A stretch of DNA of 64,000 nucleotides from Deltaproteobacteria bacterium. GTDB taxonomy: Bacteria; Myxococcota_A; Polyangia; GCA-2747355; JADLHG01. The notes beneath the pieces are model-generated. The model was not told where the DNA came from. It did not search any database and saw nothing but the letters and a program-made list of their open reading frames with translations. The DNA lies in the NCBI GenBank assembly GCA_020848905.1, contig JADLHG010000026.1, positions 17,422 to 81,421 on the forward strand, given 5' to 3'. Position numbers and translations under genes: made by a program. This document shows, piece by piece, positions 19,659 to 28,487 of this stretch (its first letter is position 1; every line of letters starts with the position of its first letter).

Positions 19659-20407
19659 TCTCGAGGATCGCGCTTTGCGCCCTCGCCGTGGGGCTGGTCG
19701 GGTCTCGGACCGCTCCGGTCCACGCCGCCGAGAAGAACGGCGAACCGAGCTACGCCAGCCCGCAGCACTTCGCCGTGGAGTTCAAGCTCGGCCCCTACGC
19801 CCCGAACATCGACAGCGAGTTCGGCGGCAGCGCCACCCCCTTCAAGGACATCTTCGGGGACGGCACGGGGCTCATGATCCGCGGCGAGCTCGACTACCAG
19901 TTCTGGGGCGGCTTCGGGAGCATCGGCGCGGGGCTCCAGCTCGGCTACTACGGCAAGTCGGCGCAGGCGCTGCAGGACACGGGCTCGGGCGGCGGCACGG
20001 CGGCCTCGGCCGGCGAGACGGGCATCACCCTCTTTCCGATCTCGCTCCTCGCGGTCTACCGCTTCGACGTGCTGGCCAAGCGCTTCAAGGTCCCGCTCGT
20101 CCCCTTCGCCAAGTTCGGCCTGAACTACACGCGCTGGTGGATCTTCAAGGGAGACGGCGGCGTGGCCAGCTTCGAGGGACACAAGGCCGCCGGCGGCACC
20201 TTCGGCTGGCAGGTGAACCTCGGCGGCGCCTTGCTCCTCGACATCTTCGAGCCCAGCGCCGCCAAGAACCTGGACAACGAGCTCGGCATCAACCACACGT
20301 ACCTCTTCTTCGAGTTTCAGCACATCGCCTCGGACGGCCTCGGCGCGAAGCACGCGCTGCGCGTGGGGGCCACGACCTGGCAGGCAGGCCTGGCGTTCGA
20401 ATTCTAG
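19655..20407 (+). CDS. Outer-membrane beta-barrel protein (OmpA-like 8-strand barrel type), secreted
   Basis: Signal peptide MISRIALCALAVGLVGSRTAPVHA. Alternating amphipathic strands. Terminal aromatic residue (…GLAFEF). ATGA overlap with the upstream gene. Confidence 0.6.
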   Translation: MISRIALCALAVGLVGSRTAPVHAAEKNGEPSYASPQHFAVEFKLGPYAPNIDSEFGGSATPFKDIFGDGTGLMIRGELDYQFWGGFGSIGAGLQLGYYGKSAQALQDTGSGGGTAASAGETGITLFPISLLAVYRFDVLAKRFKVPLVPFAKFGLNYTRWWIFKGDGGVASFEGHKAAGGTFGWQVNLGGALLLDIFEPSAAKNLDNELGINHTYLFFEFQHIASDGLGAKHALRVGATTWQAGLAFEF

Positions 20408-20453
20408 GCGCCGTAGTCTTCGACGGTCGCGCCCTCGCGCGCCCCGCGCCACG

Positions 20454-21269
20454 ATGATCCCCGAGCCCCAAGAGCCTCTCGCTCCCCCGGACCCTCCCGA
20501 ACGCAACCTGCTCCTCGTTGTGGCCTACGACGGGACCGACTACGCCGGCTGGCAGTACCAGCCGAATCGGCCGACGGTGCAGGGCGCTATCGAGGCGCGC
20601 CTGGCCGAGCTCACGCGCAGCTTCGCGCGGCTCCGCGTGGCGGGTCGCACTGACGCGGGGGTTCACGCGGAGGGCCAGCTGGCGTGCGTGCGCACCCGCT
20701 CCCGCATCTCGTGCGAGGGCCTGCGCCGCGGCCTGAACGCGCTATTGCCGAAGGACATCTCGATCCGCGACGTACGCGAGGTGGGCCTCGACTTCAACCC
20801 GCGCCACCACAACCAGGGCAAGCACTACCGCTACACGATCTGGCGCGCGCGCGAGCTCTCGATGCTGCACCACCGGCGGTCGCACCACCTCTTTCGTCCG
20901 CTCGACCTCGTGGCGATGGCCCAGGCCGGCCGGCTCCTGGTCGGCACGCACGACTTCGCCGCCTTTCGCGCGGCCGACTGCGACCGCCCGACCACCGTGC
21001 GGACGCTCTTCCGCTGCACGGTGAACGACGAAGGGCCGCTGCTCCACCTCGACGTGGAGGGGACGGCCTTTCTCAAGAACATGGTGCGCATCGTGGCCGG
21101 CACGCTGGTCGACATCGGCGCGGGGCGCATGCCCGTCGCGCGCATCGAGGAGCTCTTCGCGAGCGGGGACCGGACCCGCGCCGGCGCCACGCTCCCGCCG
21201 CACGGGCTGTCCATGGTCCGGGTCTTGCTCGACGCGCACGCCTCGACTCGCGACGAGGCACGGCTATAA
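20454..21269 (+). CDS. truA: tRNA pseudouridine(38-40) synthase
   Basis: VAYDGTDYAGWQYQP and the catalytic Asp region RVAGRTDAGVHA. Typical TruA length. Confidence 0.9.
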   Translation: MIPEPQEPLAPPDPPERNLLLVVAYDGTDYAGWQYQPNRPTVQGAIEARLAELTRSFARLRVAGRTDAGVHAEGQLACVRTRSRISCEGLRRGLNALLPKDISIRDVREVGLDFNPRHHNQGKHYRYTIWRARELSMLHHRRSHHLFRPLDLVAMAQAGRLLVGTHDFAAFRAADCDRPTTVRTLFRCTVNDEGPLLHLDVEGTAFLKNMVRIVAGTLVDIGAGRMPVARIEELFASGDRTRAGATLPPHGLSMVRVLLDAHASTRDEARL

Positions 21270-21309
21270 GGTATAGTCCCGACGGGTTCCGCGCGCGGGG
21301 ATTGGCAGG

Positions 21310-22176
21310 ATGAACTTCCGAAAGACCCTCTTCATCCTGCCGAACCTCTTCACCTTCGCCAACGTCTTCTGCGGATTTCTGGCGATCGCGCTCTGCTCGG
21401 GCGGTCCGGACGAGCAACACCTCTACGAGGCGGCGCTGGCCATCTGCTTCGGCTTCTTCTTCGATCTCTTCGACGGCCGCGTGGCCCGGCTGACCAAGAC
21501 GCAGTCCGTGCTGGGGGTCGAGCTCGACTCGCTGGCCGACGTGATCACCTTCGGCGCCGCGCCGGCGCTCCTGGTCTACAAGTGGGGGCTGACGAGCTTC
21601 GGCCTCTGGGGGCTCTCCGTGGCCTTCCTCTTCGTCGCCGGGGCCGCCTTCCGCCTGGCACGCTTCAACGTCCTGACCCTGCGCAAGACGGAGAAGGCGA
21701 GCGGACAGGTCGCGGGCCCCGACGAGTTCTTCATCGGCCTCTCGGTCCCCACGGCCACCGCGGTCATCGTCTCGCTGGTGGTCGTGCACCACCGCGTGGG
21801 GGGCAAGTACGTGCTCTACAGCCAGGGGGCCATCGCCACCCTGGTGGTCATCCTCTCCTATCTGATGGTCAGCCGCGTGCGCTTCCGCACCTTCAAGCAC
21901 CTGCGCCTGACGAAGAAGACGCTCGGGGTGATCTTCTTTCTCATCACCGGATCGATCGTCATCACGACCAAACTCCGCGCCTCGTTCGTCTTCGTCTTTC
22001 TGATCTCGGCCTACCTCGCCCTAGGACTGACCGAAGAGATCTATCGCTACGCGGCCGACCGCCGGCGCAAGCGGCGCGAGGCCAAGCTCGCGGCGGGGCA
22101 GCCGCTCAGCTCCGAGGACCAGGACCAGCCCGACGAGAACGACGAAGAGGTGCTCAAGGAGCTCGGCGCGGACTAG
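21310..22176 (+). CDS. pssA: CDP-alcohol phosphatidyltransferase family protein, most likely CDP-diacylglycerol--serine O-phosphatidyltransferase
   Basis: Motif DLFDGRVARLTKTQSVLGVELDSLADVITFGAAPA (D-G-x2-A-R-x8-G-x3-D-x3-D). Multiple TM helices. Confidence 0.75.
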   Translation: MNFRKTLFILPNLFTFANVFCGFLAIALCSGGPDEQHLYEAALAICFGFFFDLFDGRVARLTKTQSVLGVELDSLADVITFGAAPALLVYKWGLTSFGLWGLSVAFLFVAGAAFRLARFNVLTLRKTEKASGQVAGPDEFFIGLSVPTATAVIVSLVVVHHRVGGKYVLYSQGAIATLVVILSYLMVSRVRFRTFKHLRLTKKTLGVIFFLITGSIVITTKLRASFVFVFLISAYLALGLTEEIYRYAADRRRKRREAKLAAGQPLSSEDQDQPDENDEEVLKELGAD

Positions 22177-22181
22177 GACGG

Positions 22182-22724
22182 CTACCGGACCGCGCACCGC
22201 GTGTGACGTTGCGCCTCGGTGCAATCCTCTTGCGCGCGACGGCAGCGCCCACGCGCGTCCGCCTCGCCGAGGTAGTCCGCGAGGCCGCAGATGCGGCGCG
22301 CGGCGTGGCAGATCGCCCGCGTGTGGCGGCAGGGCTCCGGAGCTTTCTGGCCGGCCGCGCCCTCCCCGCTCTCGGCTGCCTCGACGGACGCGGAGGGCCC
22401 TGGCTCCCGCGCGGGGGGCTCCGCCTTCAGGCTGGTGGCTCCATCTTGGGCGCCCTCCCGGCCCCCCACGACCTCTCGGCGCGGGCGCGGCGGCAGACCG
22501 AGCGCGTGACGCGCCCGCGCGATCTCCCCCTCGAGGGCGGCGAGCTCGGAGCCGGGGTCGGCGACGCTCTTCGCCGCTCCGGGCATGCTTCGGCTTCCCA
22601 TCGCGCAGCCGGCCGCCGCGAGCGCCAGCGCGACTCCCACCCCGGCCAGCCGCGACCCGGCCGTCCGGACGCCGCCCCGCGCCGTTCGCTCCGCTGCCAC
22701 GCACCCCCGCAACCCGCTGGTCAT
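22182..22724 (-). CDS. Hypothetical lipoprotein with a Cys-rich C-terminus
   Basis: Lipobox LAAAGC. The ATG overlaps the stop of the upstream TPR lipoprotein gene (ATGA). Confidence 0.45.
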   Translation of the reverse strand: MTSGLRGCVAAERTARGGVRTAGSRLAGVGVALALAAAGCAMGSRSMPGAAKSVADPGSELAALEGEIARARHALGLPPRPRREVVGGREGAQDGATSLKAEPPAREPGPSASVEAAESGEGAAGQKAPEPCRHTRAICHAARRICGLADYLGEADARGRCRRAQEDCTEAQRHTRCAVR

Positions 22725-23317
22725 GGTGCCTTCCGCTCGCGAAGCTGCGCCTGGAGCTCCTTGTTCAGGGCGATCGAGCGCTCGAAGGCCTGGATCGCCT
22801 CCCGTGCCGCCTCTCGCGCCGCCTCCTTCGCGCCCCGCGCCTCGCGCCGCTTCACCTCGAGCTCCAGGAGCTCGCCGCGCACGGCGTGCAGGTTGGCGAG
22901 GTAGAACGACGGTCGGTGCGCCTCGGCGAGCTCCTTCTCCACTACCTGCAACGCCTCGGGGACCTTGTCCGCGCCGGCCAGGAGCTTCCCGAGCCGGGCC
23001 ACGGCGTCGAGACGCACCTCCTCGGCCTCGAGCCAGCCCTTCTCGGCCGGGAGCTTGAGGATCTCGCGCACGGCGGCGAGCGCACGCTCGGACTCGCCTT
23101 GTTGCAGGTGCAGGTCCGCTTGGTGGTGGTACGCGCGCGCCGTGGCGAGCCAGCTCACGAGAGCCCGGTCGGCCGCACGCGCCTTCGCGCTACCGGACGC
23201 GCCCGCGGAAGCCTCGCACGGACAGCAGTTCCCGGCCGCGCGCTCCGCCTGCTGCGAGCACGCGAGCAGCGCGGCGCCTCCGAGGAGCAGGCCCAGGACA
23301 GCCGTGAAGCGTCTCAT
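22721..23317 (-). CDS. Lipoprotein with TPR-like helical repeats
   Basis: ATG at 23317 with a GGAGG RBS. Signal MRRFTAVLGLLLGGAALLACSQQ. Helical repeat-like remainder. ATGA overlap with the anti-sigma gene stop. Confidence 0.55.
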   Translation of the reverse strand: MRRFTAVLGLLLGGAALLACSQQAERAAGNCCPCEASAGASGSAKARAADRALVSWLATARAYHHQADLHLQQGESERALAAVREILKLPAEKGWLEAEEVRLDAVARLGKLLAGADKVPEALQVVEKELAEAHRPSFYLANLHAVRGELLELEVKRREARGAKEAAREAAREAIQAFERSIALNKELQAQLRERKAP

Positions 23318-23853
23318 TCCCTCTCCTCCCCCGCGAGCAACCGGGCCCGCAGGTGACTCAGCCGATCCGCGAACACGAGGTCGATGCGTCGCGCCGCGCC
23401 GGCCCGATCCCGGATCGGCTGCCCGAGGAGCGCATCCGACGGACGCGACAGCGAGCTCGGCGCGCGTACCGGGGCCTCGCGCAGCGGCGCGGTGGCCGCC
23501 GGCATCGGCGCCTCGGCACGCTTGGACATCATCAGGCCCACGTTCAGCGCCACGAGCAGGGTCGCGGCGAGGGCGATCCCTCCCCCGAGCTTCAGCCCGA
23601 AACGCCGCCGCGCCGGGGTCGCCGCGCGCCGCTCGGCCACGGCCTGCTCCACGAGCGCCACCTTGCGCTCCTTCGGGAGCCGCTCCTCTCGCACCGAGGC
23701 CCGCAGCATCTCCGCCGCGGCCCGCAGGTCGCGCTGCTCGGGGCGCGGCGCCTCGCTCCCGTCGAGGCTCTGCCCGAAGGCCCGGGCTTGCTCGAGTTCT
23801 TCCTCGGTGGGCGGCGCCTCGTCCTCCGGCCACGATCCGTCCCGACCACTCAT
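23314..23853 (-). CDS. Putative anti-sigma factor (single-pass membrane protein)
   Basis: Lies immediately downstream of an ECF sigma with an ATGA overlap. Central TM helix GGIALAATLLVALNVGLMM. Confidence 0.55.
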   Translation of the reverse strand: MSGRDGSWPEDEAPPTEEELEQARAFGQSLDGSEAPRPEQRDLRAAAEMLRASVREERLPKERKVALVEQAVAERRAATPARRRFGLKLGGGIALAATLLVALNVGLMMSKRAEAPMPAATAPLREAPVRAPSSLSRPSDALLGQPIRDRAGAARRIDLVFADRLSHLRARLLAGEERE

Positions 23854-24476
23854 GGCTCACCAAATCCCTTGCGGAAGGCCTGCACGGCGCGAAAGAGCAC
23901 CACGTCGAAGGTCCCGAGCGTGACCTCCAGCAGCTTGGCACACTCCTCTCGAGGCCTCTCCTCGAGCAGGCGCAGCTCGATCGCCCGCCGGTAGCGCGGA
24001 TTCAACCCCGCCAGCGCCTCCGCGACGCGCGTCGCGTTCAGGCGGCGCTCCTCCTCCACCAGCAGCGCGTCCTCCGGCCCCGACGGCCCCGCGCTCATCG
24101 TCGCGGGCTCCGGCTCGGCCGCCACGCGATCCGCGAGCCGCCGCCGCCGCTGCGTGGCCCGGTGATGGTCCACGACTTTGTGCACCGCGATCTGCCGCAT
24201 CCAGAAATAGATGCTCCGCCCTTGCCAGACGAACGTAGACAGCTTCTCGATGGCTGTGACCATGGTCGCCTTCAGCAGGTCCTCCGCGGTCGCCCGATCG
24301 CCCACCCGCGGCAGAATCACGCGCGCGAAGAGCGCCTCGGCCTGCTGCCCGAGCAGCGTGCGCAAGGCCTCGGGGTCCCCGCGCTGCGCCCGCCGCACGA
24401 GCGCCTCCTCGAGCGACGCGACCTCCGTCCCCGCGCCGGGCGCCCCGCTGGCCTCTGCACCCTCGGATCGAGTCAC
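23850..24476 (-). CDS. RNA polymerase ECF-type sigma factor
   Basis: Sigma-70 region 2 (EDLLKATMVTAIEKLSTF...) and region 4 (RRAIELRLLEERPREECAKLLEVTLGTFDVVLFRAVQAFR). Confidence 0.8.
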   Translation of the reverse strand: MTRSEGAEASGAPGAGTEVASLEEALVRRAQRGDPEALRTLLGQQAEALFARVILPRVGDRATAEDLLKATMVTAIEKLSTFVWQGRSIYFWMRQIAVHKVVDHHRATQRRRRLADRVAAEPEPATMSAGPSGPEDALLVEEERRLNATRVAEALAGLNPRYRRAIELRLLEERPREECAKLLEVTLGTFDVVLFRAVQAFRKGFGEP

Positions 24477-24564
24477 CCGTCACCTAGACAACGCGCACCA
24501 TCCCGGCACCTTACACCACCAACGCGGACGGGGCGAAGCCGGGAGCCTTGTGGTATACGGACCC

Positions 24565-25470
24565 ATGGCGTGGATGGCCACGAACGTCTACGTGAAGGCC
24601 TTCGAGACCGCTCCCCTCGTGGACGCCGTGGACCGCATCCTCTCGGGGAGCGAGCGCCGCGCCGACCCCGAAGGGATCCTGGGCGAACCCCCCCCCGTGA
24701 CGCTCTCCCCGAGCACGGGCGGCTGGATCGCGATCTGCGGCCTGCGCGCCTGGGTGAGCGACCTTCCGTGGGTCGCGGAAGAGCTGGCCCGCGACCTCGG
24801 AACCACCGCCGTCAGCTCCGAGCTGCTCGGCAACAGCTACCGGCTGCGCCTGGCCGTCTGCGACGCGTCGGGCCCCCGCGAGAGCGCGCAGCACCCCGAC
24901 CTGCCGTGGGGGTCCGCCCCCGAGCACGAAGGAGAGATGCCCCGCTACGACGACGTGGAGGCGCTCGCCTTCCGCCGGCTCTCGGAGCTCGGGCTCCCCC
25001 CCCCGCTCGTGACCCTGGGAGTGCAGCCTTTCGCGCTCCCCGCACCGGCGCGCCTTCCGCTCGGCCGGGGAGTGCGGCTCTCGCGCGACGAAGGGAGCGG
25101 TTCCTTCAGCCGGAGTGAGGTGGAGCTGCACTCCTTCGCGGGGCGCCCGGACGAGCCCCCCGTCGTGCCCCAGGAGCTCGGGCAGGGGTTCGGCATCGTG
25201 ATCTTCGAGCACCGCTACGTGGAAGGCCGACCCACGACGGCAGCCATGAGCCGGCTGCTCGAGCTCGAGGACGGGTTCGCGGCGCGGGCCAGCCGCGCCA
25301 GCGGCGGTGCGCGCGTGAATCTCACGGTGACCTACCACGGCGGGCGCTTTCAGGAGGAACTCGACGAGGAGCTGCGGGCCCGCGGCCGCTTCGTGCCTCC
25401 GTCCGCCCGGCGACCTCAGACTCCGTGGTGGCAGTTCTGGTCCCATTTCGGCTTCAGCCGGCGCAGGTAG
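24565..25470 (+). CDS. Hypothetical protein
   Basis: Protein-like composition from MAWMATNVYVKAFETAPLVDAVDRIL... Ends 6 nt before the RNase II-family gene. No recognised motif. Confidence 0.4.
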   Translation: MAWMATNVYVKAFETAPLVDAVDRILSGSERRADPEGILGEPPPVTLSPSTGGWIAICGLRAWVSDLPWVAEELARDLGTTAVSSELLGNSYRLRLAVCDASGPRESAQHPDLPWGSAPEHEGEMPRYDDVEALAFRRLSELGLPPPLVTLGVQPFALPAPARLPLGRGVRLSRDEGSGSFSRSEVELHSFAGRPDEPPVVPQELGQGFGIVIFEHRYVEGRPTTAAMSRLLELEDGFAARASRASGGARVNLTVTYHGGRFQEELDEELRARGRFVPPSARRPQTPWWQFWSHFGFSRRR

Positions 25471-25476
25471 GCCCGG

Positions 25477-27381
25477 GTGGGAATCCTCGTCGAATACCTC
25501 GAAGAAGAGGGCCTCGCACTCGGCCTCGTGACCGCGAGCGAGCCCAAGCGGCTCAGTCTCACCGACGAACGCGGGCGGCAGACACGCCTCGCCCCCGACA
25601 AGGTCCTCTTTCGCCACGCCGGGGACTCCATCACCAAGCTCGTCGCTCAGCTCGAGGCGCTCGCCGCCGAGGTCGACGTGCGGCTCCTGTGGGACGCGGT
25701 GCAGGAGGAGCGCGCGGGAGAAGCCCACGAGCCGGAGGCGCTGGCGCGGCTCTACTTCGACGTGGACGACCCGGCGCACAGCTCGGCTGTCTATCGCGCG
25801 CTCGCGGCGGAGCGACTTCACTTCCGCCGCAAGGGACGCGGGTTCGAGGCTCGCAGCGCGGCCGAGGTGGAGAGCCTCGAGGCCCAGCGCGAGCTCGAAC
25901 GGCGCACGGCGCAAGAGCTCGCCGAGCTGACGCGGGCGCTTCGCGGGAAACGCGTGGACGCGGCCCTCTGCGAGCGGCTCGAGGCCTTTCTCCGGGGCGC
26001 GACCGACCGACCGCTCCAGCAGGCCCTGAGCCAGCTGTCGGGGGAACCCAGCGCCTACGCCTTCGAGCTCCTGCTCGCGAGCGGCCACCTCGGGCAGGCG
26101 GCCGACCTCGAGGTCCTGCAGGCGAACCTGCGCCCCGAGCCCGCGCCGAGCGCCCTGGCCTACGTCGAGGCGCTCGTCCCGCTACCGCTCGTCGAGCCCG
26201 TCGTGCGCGCGGCCTTCTCGATCGACGACCCCGACACGCGGGAGGTGGACGACGCCCTCTCGGCCACCGCCGAAGGGGACCTGGTGCGGGTGACGATCGA
26301 CATCGCCGACGCCGCGCGGCTGGTGGCGCCGGGAGATCCCACCGACGTGGAGGCCCGCCGGCGCGCCACCTCGGTCTACCTCCCCACGGGGACCTTCTAC
26401 ATGCTTCCGCCGCGCCTCGGCTGCAACCTCGGCAGCCTCGAGGTGGATACGCCCCGCGGGGCCCTGCGCACCACCGCGTGGATCGACCCCACGGGAGAGG
26501 TCCAGCGTGTCGAGCTGAGCCGCGTCGCGATCCGAGTGGGCGCGCGCCTCGACTACGACGCGGCCGACGCCCTCCTCGCAGGCCCTCAGACCGACGCCAC
26601 TGGCGCGGAGCTCGCACTGCTCCACCGCGCGGCCCTGCTCCTGCAAGCGCGCCGGCGGGCAGCGGGCGCCCTGCTCCTGCGCCGCAACGAATGGAAGCTC
26701 AAGGTCTCGCCCGACGGCTCGGCCATCGACGTCCGCCCCATCGAGCCGGACTCGCCGAGCCGCGCCCTGGTGGCCGAGTACATGATCCTCGCCAATCACC
26801 TCGCGGCGAAGCGCGCGCAGGAGGCCGGTGTGCCGCTCATCCACCGCGTCCAGCCCCCGCCGCTCGAGGGCGCCCCCGCGGTGGACCCGCAAGATCCCGC
26901 CGCGCTCGCCCGCCTGAAAGGGTTTCTCCGACCGGCCAGCCTCTCGCTGAACCCGGCTCCGCACTGGGGCCTCGGGGTCGCAGCCTACAGCCAGGTCTCG
27001 TCGCCGCTCCGGCGCTACGGGGACCTCGTGCAGCAGCGACAGCTCTGCGCGCTCGTCGCCGGCGAGGCGCCCCCCTACGACGCGAAGGCGCTGCTCGAGG
27101 TCCTCGCCACCGTGGAGGCCACCGAGCTCGAGATGAAGCGCGTCGAATCGGCGGTGACCCAGCGATGGGCGCTCGAGGTCGTGGCGCGCGCCCGGCGGGA
27201 CGAGCCGCAGCCCGCACGCGTGGTGGGCGAGGCCGGCGGAGGGGCGCGCGTGGAGCTTCTCTCGTGCGGGGCGCAGGGGCTGCTGACCGGCCCGGGCGCC
27301 TTGCCCGTCGGAACCGAGCTGCGCGTGCTCGTCGAGAAGGTGAACCCCCGCCGCGGCACCCTGCGGGTCCGACCCGCCTGA
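25477..27381 (+). CDS. Ribonuclease II/R family 3'-5' exoribonuclease (RNB domain)
   Basis: RNB motifs FSIDDPDTREVDDALS and HWGLGVAAYSQVSSPLRRYGDLVQQRQL. GTG start. Confidence 0.8.
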   Translation: MGILVEYLEEEGLALGLVTASEPKRLSLTDERGRQTRLAPDKVLFRHAGDSITKLVAQLEALAAEVDVRLLWDAVQEERAGEAHEPEALARLYFDVDDPAHSSAVYRALAAERLHFRRKGRGFEARSAAEVESLEAQRELERRTAQELAELTRALRGKRVDAALCERLEAFLRGATDRPLQQALSQLSGEPSAYAFELLLASGHLGQAADLEVLQANLRPEPAPSALAYVEALVPLPLVEPVVRAAFSIDDPDTREVDDALSATAEGDLVRVTIDIADAARLVAPGDPTDVEARRRATSVYLPTGTFYMLPPRLGCNLGSLEVDTPRGALRTTAWIDPTGEVQRVELSRVAIRVGARLDYDAADALLAGPQTDATGAELALLHRAALLLQARRRAAGALLLRRNEWKLKVSPDGSAIDVRPIEPDSPSRALVAEYMILANHLAAKRAQEAGVPLIHRVQPPPLEGAPAVDPQDPAALARLKGFLRPASLSLNPAPHWGLGVAAYSQVSSPLRRYGDLVQQRQLCALVAGEAPPYDAKALLEVLATVEATELEMKRVESAVTQRWALEVVARARRDEPQPARVVGEAGGGARVELLSCGAQGLLTGPGALPVGTELRVLVEKVNPRRGTLRVRPA

Positions 27382-27465
27382 CCCTTCGAGCCGGGTGGAC
27401 GAGAGCCCGGGACGAGACGCGAACCCCCCCGTGCGACCCCGTCGCCCTGTGCTAGACTTCGAGTC

Positions 27466-28368
27466 GTGAAGCCCACTGGCCGGACGCCCCCGCGCTGGTC
27501 CCTCGTCGCACCCGTCCTCCTCGCGTGCGGGTGCACGGCCCCGAACCCGAGCTTTCAGCCCGGCTCCACCGCGACGGACGGCAGCGCCGAGCCGGCCGAC
27601 GCCTCGACCGCCCGCCAGGACGGCCCCGGCCGCCAGCCGGATGCGCGACCCGGCCTCGTCGACGGACGACCCTCCTCGCGCGACCGTGGGCGCCCCGCGG
27701 ACGCAAGGATCAGCTGGGATGCCCCGCGCTGCACCCCGAACGCGTTTCTGGGCTGCCAGGGCGTGAAGACCACGCTCTTCTGCAACGGCACGGGAGATGG
27801 CACCCGGACGGTCTCGTGCGGCAACTACCTCTGCAACGCCCCGGCGAAGCGCTGCAACCAGTGTGACCCCGCGGCGCCCGCTTACTGCAAGGACAGCGAG
27901 CTCATGTCGTGCAACGACGGCCTCCCGGTGGGGAAGCTCTGTCCCGACGGGTGCGTGAACGGCGCGTGTCAGGGCTGCGTCCCCACCAGCTACTTCTTCG
28001 ACGCGGATCAGGACGGCTTCGGCGACCCGAAGACCCAGTACGACACCTGCTCGCAGCCGGGACCGTACTACGTCACGAACAACACCGATTGCGACGACCA
28101 GGACGCCAGCGCCTTCCCCACCCAGGCGCACTTCTTTCAGGCACCGACGAAGGGAACCAATGACTTCGACTACAACTGCGACAGCGTCGAAACGATGCAG
28201 TATCCGAGCCTCGCCCTCTGCAAGCGCAGCGGAAGCGTGTGCCTCGGTGACGGGTGGGTCGGCCTGGTGCCGGGCTGCGGCGGGCTTGCCGTCTTTGCGG
28301 AGTGCAAGCCGTCCGGCCAGAACGCGTGCGTGCAGAAGACCACCGGCCGCGCCCAGGGGTGTCGCTGA
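27466..28368 (+). CDS. Cys-rich secreted lipoprotein with a MopE-like putative metal-binding motif
   Basis: Lipobox LLACGCT. FFDADQDGFGDPKTQYDTC...NNTDCDDQDASAFP matches the D-x-D-G-x-G...C...DCDD pattern of the myxobacterial MopE-type motif. 20+ Cys. Confidence 0.6.
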   Translation: MKPTGRTPPRWSLVAPVLLACGCTAPNPSFQPGSTATDGSAEPADASTARQDGPGRQPDARPGLVDGRPSSRDRGRPADARISWDAPRCTPNAFLGCQGVKTTLFCNGTGDGTRTVSCGNYLCNAPAKRCNQCDPAAPAYCKDSELMSCNDGLPVGKLCPDGCVNGACQGCVPTSYFFDADQDGFGDPKTQYDTCSQPGPYYVTNNTDCDDQDASAFPTQAHFFQAPTKGTNDFDYNCDSVETMQYPSLALCKRSGSVCLGDGWVGLVPGCGGLAVFAECKPSGQNACVQKTTGRAQGCR

Positions 28369-28487
28369 CCGGGCCCACCCGGGGAGCTGCGAGGAACACG
28401 CCCCTCCCGAGGAGAAGCCCTCGACCGCGGTGACTCACTGATCTCACTGACCCCGCCGCCCTGACCCACCAACCTCGACGAGCTGCC

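Noticed and set aside
24511-26088. 525-aa minus-strand ORF, and the 25425..27455 plus-strand alternate-frame ORF
   Set aside because: They overlap the RNase II-family gene, which has the RNB motifs. The 24565..25470 plus-strand hypothetical fits the intergenic spacing better.
28381-28487. Possible terminator hairpin in the convergent gap between the Cys-rich lipoprotein and the hydrolase lipoprotein
   Set aside because: I could not find a convincing stem. GGGGAG...CCCCTCC are not properly complementary. There is no U-tract.
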